This document shows positions 51,126-64,000 of a stretch of 64,000 bases of DNA, piece by piece (position 1 is the stretch's first letter; every line of letters begins with the position of its first letter). Made by a program: the position numbers and the translations under genes. The notes under the pieces are model-generated. The model did no database searches. It saw nothing but the letters and a program-made list of their open reading frames with translations, and was not told where the DNA came from. Origin of the DNA: Octopus vulgaris (lineage: Eukaryota); assembly GCA_951406725.2 (NCBI GenBank), contig OX597815.1:116374001-116438000 (forward strand), written 5' to 3'.

Positions 51126-52380
51126 CTAGCAGGAGTACCCAGTGTTGCTTGGGTATTAAATACTTGGCAATGGTCTTAACAGGCTCTACCATTTTTTTCA
51201 TTGTACATCTCTTTGAATATTTTTTGTGTTCACTTGCAAACACTGACATTGAGGAAGTGATTTTTTCCCCATAGACCATAAATAAAGGTTGAAAAGCCTT
51301 GGAGAAGCCACAAGAGCATTGCAGGGTTTGCAACAAATGAATGTAAAGTGGCCCTGAAAAGGGCCATGCTATCATTCTCACAATAGCCTTGAAAAGGATA
51401 GTTAACCATTCACAGGTATAAACGTCCTTTTCCATTCACATGAAAAGCAGTGAGTGCAGTGATGCCAAAACTCAAGCCATCTGTAAGGAGATTGAGAAGC
51501 TGTAGTGGACAAAAAAAAAAAAAAAATGGTAATTTTGAAAGAATGGCAACAATAATACTCACTCACCATAAACTAGTTCAGCAGGGAAGCTGCAGCATGT
51601 TGGATGGCCTACAGCACCTCACAGTAGACAATATTTTTCGTTTTGACTTTCAGGGTGAACACAAAAAGGATTTTATTGTATCTGACGTATAACTGGCCAT
51701 GTGAGAAGCATGGTTGGCCTAAATGGAGGCCTGTCATTGTTAGTGTTTAGCCTTGGGACTTGTTGATGGACATGGCAAAGCAAAGTTGAAGAGGAGAACT
51801 GAAGTCTACGCAAGGGACAGGATCATTGCTTATCTGATGGAGTAAGAGGTATCCTGGGTATAAAGACATCTCTGATGCAGCAACCCATAAGAATTGTTGC
51901 CTTAATAACATGAAGCACCACCTTTTTTACCACTAACCGTATCCTTTTAGCCATAAAAACCAAGGAAATCGGACTTTCCAGTAAAAAGCTTTCTAATGTG
52001 TAACTTTGCAAAAATGTGAACAATCAATTTTTTTCAAAGTTTTGTGCAATTTTCTTGGGAATCAGAGGCCTCAAGACAATGCCAAAATATTTGTGTGAAA
52101 TGTTGCAACATGACAGTCCTTTTGACACCAAAATTACAAAAATCAGGTGTTCCTGTAAAAAATTTTCTCGCGGGCAACTTTTTTTGTAAAAAGTGTGTGT
52201 GGAGTCCCTTCAGTTCTATCAATTTTTCTCCTAGAAGGGATATCTCTAGGTATTGATAATGTGGCAGTGAGTTGCCTGGGTAAATTAGCCATTTAATAAA
52301 AAAAATTTCATCAAAATTGGATGAAAATGTGAAAACGCATAAAAAGCACACACACACATTTTGAGTTTTATATATATATA
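51126..52380 (-). mobile_element. Non-autonomous Helitron-like element
   Basis: Minus strand begins TATATATAAAACTCAAAATGTGTGTG and ends with hairpin TACCCAAGCAACACTGGGTA followed by CTAG|T. Confidence 0.65.
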
Positions 52381-52435
52381 TATACAAAATTTAAGGGCTG
52401 ACCACTAAAAGTGGATGGTCAACATGCTAGATATA

Positions 52436-52860
52436 GATCGTGTTCTGCCCTTACCTTCGAAACACGCATTGAGTCAAAACAGGAGTAGCTGAAGAAGGGA
52501 AATATTCTTTGTATTGTTTGTCTTGTAGACTGTTTTTTCGTTGTTAAAAAAAAGTCTGTTTCCTTGTTTGATGTTATGTTTTCGTTTCTCGTGTTCTACG
52601 TTTATTTGTGGCGTCCTGTACTCATATATGCAAGTATATATACATATAGATGTAGGTATGTACATATATGTATGCATGCATATGTTTTATTTATTATTAT
52701 CTATATATTATATATATATTGTTTTTTCTGTGTACCTTTCTGTAGAAGAGCATAGGCTCGAAACGTAAAAGACTTTTTCTATTCCTGAGTGTTATACTAA
52801 TACATCTGTTTGTTTTGTACACCACCTGTCTTCGTCTTTTGTTTTTTTGTAAACTCTCCC
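52436..52860 (+). mobile_element. PLE pLTR fragment related to 9880-10047
   Basis: Shared ATACTAATACA..TTTGTTTT..CCACCTG.CTTCGTCTTTTGTTT terminus followed by (TA)n; 5' limit approximate. Confidence 0.7.
52736..52771 (+). ncRNA. Minimal hammerhead-like motif (A6U core variant)
   Basis: CUUU-CUGUAGA-A-GAGC AUAG GCUC-GAAA-CG-UA-AAAG. Confidence 0.65.
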
Positions 52861-55774
52861 TATATATATTCACACACACACACACACATAATAAACAAGT
52901 TAAAATAATGTTCATTATATATAATTCCTTTATTTTATGTAATGACCATTATTTTTGACTTGTCTGTTATATATCACTGTAAAAATCAGTTTATCTGAAG
53001 CCTGTCCACAGATTTACAATATAGTATTGTGATAAACCATAGCTTTGGACCCTATCAAAAGATTACTTGGAGTTCTTCATTAATCTAAGTAATATTGTCA
53101 GCCTGGTGTGCCAACAAAGGGCTTACGAAGTATTTTGCCCAGATAATCCCTTGCTATTTATTCTATATATATATATATATATATATATCATCATCATTTA
53201 ATGTCTGCTTTCCATGCTAGCATGGGCTGGATGGTTTGACTGAGGACTGGCAAGCCAGTAGGCTGCACCAGGCTCCAATCTGATCTGGCATGGTTTCTAC
53301 AGCTGGATGCCCTTCCTAACGCCAATCACTCTGAGAGTGTAGTGGGTGCTTTTTATGTGTCACTGGCATGGGAGTCATTCAGGGAGCACTGATATTGACC
53401 ATGTTCGGATGTTGCCTTTTGTGTGCCACTGGCACAGGAGCCAGTCAGGAGGCACTGGCATCAACTACATTTGCATGGTGCTTTTTACATGCCACTGGCA
53501 CAGGGAGCTAGTCAGGTGGCACTTGCATTATGCATATATATTAGCATTAGGAAGGGCATCCAGCTGCAGAAACCATGCCAAAGCAGACACTGAATATGAT
53601 TAAGCACCAGATCCTGTGAAACAGTCCATCTAACACTAGCATGGAAAATGGACATTAAACGATGATGATAACGATGATCTCACTCTCTCACACACACACA
53701 CACACATTACCCGTAAAGCAAGAGAGAAAACTGTGTTGATAGAATACTATGTTGACAAATAAAATGTTGGGATGTGGGTATATATATTCAAATATTTACC
53801 TCTTGTAATGTGTATGTGGGAGAGCGTGTGTGTGTGTGTGTGCAAGTTTGACAACTTGGCAGATCATAATAGATTTTATGAAAGAGAGAACCTAATACTG
53901 TGGCAGGGCAGGGGGTGGTTGTCTATATCAATGGTGGAGGCCTTCAGTACAGATATACAAGTGGAACTGTATTTTAAAAAATAGCTGAAATATTTAATAT
54001 GCAGATATGTTTTCAAAAGTATTTTTGAAATTTTTTACTTTTAGCACATAATATAGCTTACCTAGTTTTCTGCTTTTATTCCTGCATGGCCCAGTGGTTA
54101 AGAAGCTTGCTTTACAACCATGTGGTTTCAGGTTCAGTCCCACTGTCTGGTACCTTGGGCAAGTGTTTTTTTTTTTTTATCATACACCCAAACCAACTAA
54201 TGCTTTGTAAGTTAATTTAGTAGATGGAAACTGTGGAAGCTTATTGTGTGTGTGTGTGTGTGTAGGGGTGTCTGTGTGCCTGTGTTTGCCCTATCGCCAC
54301 TGCTTGACAATTAGTGTTGCAGTGTTTATATCCCAGTGTGGGGCAGATTAATTAGACTAAAATGCTGCAGCCATGCTGGGTATCCCAGCATTGCTGCAGT
54401 CCAATGGGTGAAACTAATAAAAGATAAAAGATATTTTATAATGCATTGCATAGTTTACTACACAGAAGAAAGATCATGTTTTTATATAAGTGTAGAAAGG
54501 TTTCTTGTCAAGGCAAAATTTATTTATTTAATTTACTATGATAAAAATACCAAAACAAAAATCCCATAACTGTCACTTGCAGGTGTATATGATCTGGTAG
54601 CATATATCATGCTTTTGTTAACTGTTTTAAATGTTTTTGCAGGTGCAAGCAGACATAGACACTCTTTCCACCTTTGACCTTATGAAACAACAAGGCTGTG
54701 ATAGCTAGAGAGAGAGAGAGAGAGAGGGAGAAGGCAACACCTCAACTCAACTGGTTCTCATTTTCAGGTAGCTGAATAGATTAGAGGAAAATAAAATAAA
54801 GTGCTTTGCTTAAGGACACAACACACTTATGCAGTACAAAAATCTCTATATAAAATCTGATGAGTGGATCGTTGAGATATAAGAGGAAGAGTGTAGACAA
54901 CAAACTGAATCATATGGCATGCCAGACTCCATAGAATGTGAATCAGAAAGAGCTCCATCAGAACATATTGTGTTGATGCAACCTGATAGGAAGCCATCAA
55001 TGCAAGATGCATAGAGTGGAGCTCATATATGGACAATTTTGTTAGATTTGCATTTCAATTAAGTACAAAGACACTGTTTTCACTATTTTTATCAAGGATG
55101 ATGATCCATTAACAAGTGAAATAGCAGAGAAGATCTATAGATCTAGCTTAACTAAAGCTGTACTGTTAGTCATTAAGATGGGAGAAAATGGGTTATAGAA
55201 GGTTGATGTTAATATCTGACTACACCTGTGACTTGAAGGTATGCTATGATACCTCTTCATCACCATCTTCTTTCTTTCTCTCTCTTTCCAATTGGAATAA
55301 CCATGTATCTCCTCTACTGCAAGACACCTGTTTCTGTCCCTCTATCATACTTTCATCTCTCTTCATATGGCATAAAACCGCCTTCTTAAATACTACAGTC
55401 CCACCCAATTGAGGGTACTTGTCTTTCAATTGAGGGTACTTGGTTGACATTAGGAAAAGCATTTGGATCTTGGTACAGCCCTTTGGATTGTCAGCTGCTG
55501 TCAACCTTGTTAGCATGGAAAAACATTAATGATTTCAAATTTACATCGACCCCCATATTCAGTTTATTTTATTGACTCTGAAAGGATGAAAGGCAAAGTC
55601 AACTTCAGCAGTATTTGAACTCAGAATGCAAAGATGAAGTGCCACAAAGCATTTTGCTTGGTGTGCTAATGATTCTGCCAGCTCACTGCCTTGGTAGTTA
55701 AACAATAACAATAGTCATTGTCACTTATGAGCTATTTGGAAATGAGTGAGAAAGTCTGACTGCCTTGAGAATGA

Positions 55775-55895
<121 letters not shown>

Positions 55896-58800
55896 GAATG
55901 TTTAGAGAGGCTTGAGGTTCACTTTGGTGTACATTGTTTGAGTATAATAGATGAAACATTATCAGAGATGGTGGCCTTGCTGGTGGTTTACTTTCACATG
56001 ATGTGTGTTTGTATCTGTGGTGGTGAGCTTGGTGGTGTGGAAAGGGACTTTATTTTTCATAACAACAATTCTGTTTACTTCTTACAAAGCACAGTGTGAA
56101 TATAAGGACAGATTCAAATTGCAAGTCTTGACTTGTCTAAAATAATTACCTGTAAAATTGCTAATAATAAAATATTTGTTTGCCATCTTTCTTTTGTTAC
56201 TTGAATATCTGTTATCATAAAACAACTCCGATTACTACTCTACTAAGCCCAAAATAGCCATCATAACAATTAACAGATAACATAGAAAGAAACATTAAAG
56301 AACAATAAGGTCTAAAAAGAATGTCACTTGCTGTTTTTGCATTGTTAAATCTGCACAAAAAGAAATCAGTTACAAACAAATGGCAAAAAGTAAATGAATA
56401 AAAATATAAAGCAGACCTTTTAGAATTGAGTAATTAAAAAAAAAATAGATTGTGTTTTTATATCATCAGCTGTTGCTGTGGAGTAGGTTAGTGACTGTTT
56501 ATTACAATTAATACTGTTGGTGAGATCAGTGCTACAAAAGATGCCTTCTCTGTTTTTCATTAATTTTTACATTTCCTGATCCAGCAAATTTCTTGAGGCT
56601 TGGGCTGGTTTTTCTTCTATTGTCATTGTTGCGGTTGCTGTTGTCTCTGCCACTGCTTCCACTGTCATACAAGTGAAGTTGTTTAATTCCAGTTTCCTAT
56701 GAAAAACATGTCTGGCCATGAAAAAATATTACCTTCCTTAGAAAGAGAAGAAGGTGGCAACAGGAAAGATTTTCGGCTATAGAAAATAAAATCTACCATA
56801 AGAGATTCTGTCTGACCCATGCAAGCTTGGAAGAATGAACATTGGAATAACAATGCCTATGATGACATCAGGTGGTGGCATCAGCAGTGGCCGTGGTGCA
56901 GCCATCTGGTTCACTAGTCCTTAGTCAAATCATCCAACCCATGCTAGCATGGAAAGCAGACATTAAACGATGACGATGATGATGATGTTTCTGGTGCCCA
57001 CCTTAGGTTGGTGGAAGCATCAGGAGAGATGTACAATGTGTAAGCATGTCACTGCCATACACTAATTTCCTGACAATTCGGGGTGCTACATATATGTTAT
57101 ACAAAAACAGGATAAAACTAACATTATGCAATAAGCTTCTTTCAGTTTCCATCAACCAAACCCACTCACACAGCTTTGGTTGACCTGGTACTATAGTAGG
57201 AGACACTTGCCCAAGGTGCTGTGCAGTGCATGTGAGTCTATGTTTGTTTTCATTGGTACTTCTCTGAAAATCACAAGTTACAAGCAATGACTTTGTCATT
57301 TCTCCTATGAACAAACCATTCACTAAGTTCTGTGCTTTAAAAGTTGTATTGAACAGGGAAGTCTTTATTAGAAAAACAGATAAGGGTTATCAAAGGCTTA
57401 AAAATTCATTTGTTTAATCCTTGTAAGCATGGAAATGGTAATGCAAACTAAGAAATTAATAAACAAATGAATGAATAAACCAACACATTTTGTAATATCA
57501 TTAAAAATAGAATTTTGGTTCATAATGTTTACAACATGGGTGACTAAGCTGTACAAGGAATGCAATTTAACAAATGAACAAAAAATGTTGCTTTTTTTTT
57601 ATGTAACGAAATGAAATACGAGAGCCAATCAGAAGACATTATGCAAATGATTTAATTTAACAAAGTACATTGTTAATAACTCTTATTCTCATACAATATG
57701 TCATCATCAATTTAATGTTCACCTTTTCACGTTTGTCTGGGTCAAACAATTTTGTTGAGGTAGATTTTCTATGGCTGGATGCCCTCCCTGTCATTAATCT
57801 TACTTGAAGATTAATGACAATTGCACTATTGTACTGCCCAAGCAATATATATCCTGGTGCAGGTAGCAAAGTTTGTGGGATATATATGTGTGTGTGGAGA
57901 GGGGGAGAGAGAAAGAGAGAGAGAGGGGGGAGAAGAGGAAAATTTTGCATATTTTGACAGCATTACTGACCTATTGAATGTGCCTTTATGTTATGCATCA
58001 ATCACATTTACAGTCTTTATGTTCCAGACAACCTTTTGATTGTCATTTACAATTTTCAACTTTCTTTTTTAACAGGTATTAGCTCTGACCTGTTTTTAAA
58101 TATCAAAAACAAGTATTATATTACAAAACAAAAAGTGATCAATCTTAACAAATTTAAGATCCTTAAAGACTTTATTTTTACAGTCTTACAGTTTGAATTC
58201 TGAACACAAAAGCTAGCCAGCTCTTCTCCAATCAATATGAAGGAGGAAAATGCAAGAAGTTGTCTTGAAAGTAACAAAAGTGGTTTGTGACATGAAAATA
58301 TAGGAGAAGAGATGTTTTGGCATAACTGTTTTGGCCCACTTATTTGGTATTGCTGCTTCAATGCTGACTTGTTTGACATCAGTTGTTTTAATGTTTCTCT
58401 TGTTCTTTCCTCTCCCACCTCTCTATATACTTATGTGTGTGAGAATTTTCTCTTTATGTGTATGAGAAGAGGAAAAGTATTTAACAAATTGTAATGTCTC
58501 TCTCTCTCCTACTCTCTATCTGTGTGTGTACATTTCTGTGCTTGGAAATATGCCGTGCATGAGAAGACCCGGCAAGCCAAATGAAACCATAATCTCATGG
58601 CCTATGCCAGGGACATAACCAGCCCACTTGTACGTAACCTTCTCCTTCTTTGGTCACTAAAACTCTGCTTGCAAAGACCTATTGAGGCGAGTGAAATTAA
58701 ATCAAATCAATCAAAAGCAAAATCAAAATCAAATTCGATGACTGGCATCTGTGCTGGCAGGGTGCAAAGAACACCATACGAGCATGATCATTGACAGAGC

Positions 58801-60354
58801 AGCTAACCGGCTTCCATGCCAGTGGCATTTAAAGGGCACCATTCGAGTGTGATCATTACCAGCGTTGCCTTACTGGCACTTGTGCACGTGCTAGTAGGGT
58901 GCCAAGAGCACCATCCGTGTGTGATCATTGCTAGAGCAGCCAACTGGCTTCCGTGCCAGTGGCATGTAAAAGGGCACCATTCGAGCGTGATTGTTACCAA
59001 AGTCGCCTTTTTTGTTTTAAAGTATGAACCTACAACAAATGTACAATACCAGTGATTAATTGTGTGTTTTGTTAATGTTTTATTACAATGTGAGTTTAAA
59101 ACCATTTTAAATTTTGTTCAGATTTTTTTCAACAAATGATTTAGTGTAGGAAGACATTATACAAATGATTTAATTTAACAAAGTACATTGTTAATAACTC
59201 TTATTCTCATACAATATGTCATCATCATTTAATGTTCACTTTTCCACGTTTGTATGGGTCAAACAATTTGTTGAGGTAGATTTTCTATGGTTGGATGCAC
59301 TCCCTGTCACCAACCCTTGCCTGTTTCCAAGCAAGCTACTATTCCTTTATGGCTGGATGGTTTTCAGGGAAGACTAGAAACAATCTGTATCGTTTATATG
59401 ACAGTGATGGTCATTTATAACCATCACATACATACATACATATATTCATGGCAAGCTTCTTTCAGTTTCCACCTACTAAACCCACAGTAGTAGAAGACAT
59501 TAGCCCAAGATGGTGTGTAGTGAGACCTGAACCGAAAGTAAGCTATATATATATATATACCAGTTGTATATTTTAAAAAAATATAGGCATCCTGGTCATT
59601 GTACAAAACTCAATTTTAGAAGTTAAAACGAGTGTTCACAAACTTCTAACAACCATAATAAATAGATAATATAACAAACCATCATTGTTAACAACTATAA
59701 AAATAATACAAATAGTGAAAATAGGATACTAAAAATAGCAGTCCTTCCCATGGGAATACGGTCAGTTTAGCAATTGCTATTTTCTTCTCACTTCATTTTT
59801 GGAGCTCATTTGTGGGAATAAGCAATAAAAGAAAGATGAAAAAAACTATTTATGCTTTAACAAAGGCAAAATATAATAAGAGGGAGAAATATAGGTAAGT
59901 GTAGGTATGGTGAAGAGGTATCAAGTCTGATTTCACTACATAATATCTTGAGAGAGTATCTTTGACTATAAACTTAGGTTGACCAGTACCTTACTTGTGG
60001 AATATTATAATCAAAAAACTGCACAGCAACCTTTTATTAATATGTAATTATGTATGTATTTTCTTTTCTCTCCTATGTGCCAAGCATAAATTCTTGTGGT
60101 TGCTTTCATCTCTGCCCATTATGCTACTTGGGATTTGGTGTACCTCAGTCAGTTGGTGATCCCTTGACCCCGTATAAATTTCTGCTGCACAATACAAATT
60201 GTACCTACCCTTGTAGTTATATATACATGAACCTGGTTTGTATATTTGTAAACAACTCAGGTGTGATGTATAAATATCAAAAATAATATCCATTTCTTCA
60301 CAGAGTGTAGTTTTAATCTATGGATTGCTAGGTTATAGGCCCCTACACTTCAAT

Positions 60355-62072
60355 TGTGCCACTCTGCAGAAATGAAGGTAGTATGCTCCAGTGGATGTGC
60401 AACATCAGTGCACATGCATGGCAAATTTCAAATGTATTGAGAAAAAAGTTGGGCATGAGAGAAATCAAATGTTGCATGCAAGAGAGAAGACTACATTGGA
60501 CATGTGATGTGTATGAATGAGGACAGCTGCATAAAGAAGTGCTGATCACTGAAAGTGGGTGGTATCTGCAGAAGAGGGAAACCCAGGAAGATGAGAGATG
60601 AAGTGGTAAGGACTGATCTCAGGAAGTTGAGCCACACAGAGGAAGTGACAAAGGACCAAGATGTCTGGCAATATGAAATTCTTGAGAAGATCTGCCCATG
60701 TCAGCAAAACTGAGCCCTAGAAGTGCTGTGTGTCCCACCCACACTTCACAAGGAAACTTCTCACACACCCTACCACAACAAACCAAACTATGGCTCTACA
60801 TCTCTTCTCTTCCTCACATTTCTGCTTCATGCACTATGCTTACCTTCCACTCCTCAATCCTGTCCACTTGGCCCTATGCCACTGTATCATTACTCTCCGT
60901 TTGCCCTTGACCTATGTGTTCCACCCACACGTAACAAGAAAACTTTTCCCTCATCCTACCCCAACAAACCAATCTACATTTCCATATCTCTTCTCTTTCT
61001 CACATTTCCTCCTTCATACACTATGCCTAGCTCTCACTCCACAATCCTGTCCTCATGGCCCTGTTCTTCTGTATCATTGCTATCCGGTAGCCCACCAACT
61101 CTATATATACCCAGGTTTTTCACCACTTACTCTCTTTAATCACATTTCCTTCACAATATCTTGCCACTTATACCCTCAAGGGTATGCCCTGGCACGTGCC
61201 ACCATCTATATCTCTCTCTCTTCCTTTATTCAACCATCCCATTTATATTCTGATCTCCATTCCTTGTATGCCCGGCATTTTTCCACCATCTCTATCCTGC
61301 TGTCTCTCACTCTCTCTCTCCTTCTCCTGCACTTCTCTTAGGTTGAGTAACTGTATATTTCCTTTGTGGTAGAGCACTTGTTTCTGTCTTCATTCTTGGT
61401 CTCTCTCTCTTTGGCTGGGTAACCTTGTATTTCCTCTACAAGACACCTGTATCTTATTTCTTTACTGCCCACAAGGGGCTAAACATAGAGGGGACAAACA
61501 AAGGGGTTAAGCTGATTAGATCGACCCCAGTGCGTAACTGGTACTTAATTTATCAACCCCGAAAGGATGAAAGGCAAAGTTGATCTCGGCGGAATTTGAA
61601 CTAAGAGCGTAATGGCAGACGAAATACTTCTAAGCATTTTGCCCGGCATGCTAACGTTTCTGCCAGCTCACCTCAAGACACCTGCATCTGTCTCACTATT
61701 ACCTTTCATCATCCAATACAAGATCACCTCCTCCCCCACTGAAATTTTTTTTATTTTTGTTTTGCAAGTGCTTGGTGACTCTGTCAGTGCAGGCGCTACT
61801 TAAAAGCACACAGTCCACACTGTAAAGTGGTTGGTCTTTGGAAGGGCATTCAGCTGTGAAAAAACCTTGCCAAAACTGACCTTGCTTGTGCTTGTGCCAT
61901 GTAAAAAGCACTAAGTCCTCTCTGCTGAGTGGTTGGTGTTAAGAAGGCCATCCAGCGGTAAAAATCCTGCTAAAAGTCACAGAAGTCTGTTGAAGATTCT
62001 TCCTGGCCAGCTCTTGTGAAACCGTTCACCCATGCTAACATGGAAAGCAGACATTCAACGATGATGATGATG
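60355..62072 (+). mobile_element. RTE subfamily copy with long pyrimidine-rich 3' UTR, interrupted by a SINE (61455-61673)
   Basis: Homologous to 45071-46685. The SINE is flanked by a 16-bp TSD CAAGACACCTG(T/C)ATCT at 61439-61454 and 61674-61689. Confidence 0.82.
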
Positions 62073-64000
62073 CATTATTTATTTTATTGGCTGATCTGGT
62101 TTATATTGCTTCTATTACATCATCCATCATATTTATTTATTATTTATTTTTATGGATTGGATTGTTTCAAATGTATGAAATAAAGTAACTACTCAATACA
62201 TACCATAGCACTGGGATATTATTTACTTACTGGAAGGAGACATTTCACTCTGATGTGTTTTTCTGGATGTCCCTTCATTTGCCATTTTCAAATCAGCCAG
62301 AAAGAAAATCATTTCTACAAATGTTTTCCCAGTATAGTATAGCAAGCAAGCTTGCTAATGTTTAATCAATTGACTTCTACCTGCAAGGCAGGAACTAGCT
62401 TCTAACAAAGATACAAAACTCCATGATTAGAATATTGATAACCAAACAATAAGACATGTTGAACTTAAGAAGAGTGTTGCATGTTTTTTCTGTTCTGCTT
62501 ACAGAGTATATTTATAATGTGCATATGAGTTGGTTGATTTCTTTTTTGATATTTTTATTGCTAACTCCTCTAGTACTACTGGTACTCTTACTGTTAACTA
62601 CTTCAATAAAGTTGGTACTTTACTGCTAAATACTCCCATGCAGCTGGCACTCTCACTGCTAACTATATCTACTTAACTGGTTTCTTTACTACTAACTACT
62701 CCCATTTAGCTGGAAAAGATTTTTCATACTGCTTACTCTTGAACATCCAGTGTAAAGCAAACCATAGGTGAAGCAGGGCTCTTCAAGGTGTAAACTGTCA
62801 ACTGAAAATGTGCTCATGTGATTTGTTGATGGTCATGGTAAAACTAAGACTCACTAGAAATTAAAGTTGTTTAAATTGAAATGGGACACCATCTCCTGAG
62901 TCTGTGTGATGGAGTCTCTTAATCAATACATCCTATGATTGGTTGTCTCCTGGAACTGTGTATTAAAGGCTCATGTTCACATATCAAGTCTATTCCTTCT
63001 CTGTTTGAGTGTCTCCTGAGCTTGCTGCTGACACTGTGTGAGGGTCTTTAGACACTATCACTCTAATGAAATTCTGTACTCACGCACACACACACACACA
63101 TACACATTCAGTGTAAGAGATATACATATGCAGAGGAAGAGTGAGAAAGAGTGTGGTAAATATACAGAGAGAGGAGTAAAGTTTACAATGAGAATAGCAT
63201 AAAAGACAGAGATAGATAGACAGTTGTATGACTGACTTGCATTACCATGTTATATTGAGAGAGAGAGAGAAAGAGAGAAAGTGGGGAGCAGCATGTATGA
63301 GAAATATACATAAACAGTGAGAGTAAGAGAGTGTGGTGAATATGCATAGAGAGGGGGAAAATATAAAAGGACAGATAGACAGATAGCTAAATTATACTTT
63401 GTGATTACAAACTCATAAAACCCTTCTAAAGAGGATGCAGATTTCAAAAATCTGTTTTTCTCTAGGATGCACCGTTTTGAAGCCTTTTGGTGACAGACAC
63501 ATATACATACAAAACACAGTGAGTAGCTTGTTCCCCAGTTCAAACATGCATCAAACATATTTGGACTGATTATAACATCGCAATTTCAGGTATTATTGCT
63601 TAGTGCTACCCCTCCATAATTTACTCATGGTGAGCCACCATATAGCATTGCCAGTCATTGTACAATGACTGGAAAATCATAAGAGAGGTAATCTCTTAAT
63701 TCAGCTCGTAGTGCCCTGCTTAGTGTCTGTGACCGATGAAGAGACAACTACTCCGAAATGTTAACATCTCACAGTCTAGGTAGATAGCACTGCAAGCTGA
63801 TCTAGGTGTATACACACCATTTGTCAACATGTGAGATATATTTCCCACACAGTGAATAGCTTGTTCCCCAGTTTGGATGTGCATCAAACATATTTGGAGT
63901 GATAATAACATTGCAATTTCATTTATCACTGCTTATATCACTGAAATATTTTACTACTCTTGTTAAATTTACCTTTCCCGCTCTCAACAAACAACTCATT

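Noticed and set aside
54856-54870. Isolated CTGATGAG hammerhead core
   Set aside because: No stem II/GAAA partner nearby.
63506-63935. ~95-bp imperfect direct repeat (about 63506-63602 and 63847-63935)
   Set aside because: Real but diverged and near the window edge; no element or function assignable.

Overview
Eukaryotic, AT-rich, microsatellite-dense non-coding DNA. The SINE/LINE repertoire looks like octopus (cephalopod), which is an inference. No host protein-coding gene can be called with confidence, and almost all ORFs in the track are microsatellite or antisense artefacts. The only long real ORF belongs to a young Penelope-like retroelement (PLE; Neptune-type RT + Cys linker + GIY-YIG, 3428-5529). 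It lies between two ~1.32 kb near-perfect inverted repeats inside a (TA)n site that also holds two other PLE-type insertions. Reading the PLE termini by eye gives about nine hammerhead-ribozyme-like motifs of several non-canonical designs: a U3-A8 core swap, A6U cores, loop-less palindromic stem III, and ~80-90 nt AT-rich expansions of stem II. One pair sits in a 644-bp head-to-tail, retrozyme-like repeat. The rest of the window is decayed TEs: CRE, R4/Dong-like, RTE (PHD-like finger inside the RT region, tandem pseudoknot arrays in the 3' UTR), CR1, Naiad-like PLE, Tigger, maT/mariner, hAT MITE, Helitrons and many tRNA-derived SINEs. All RNA structures and family assignments were made by inspection; no folding or database search was run.
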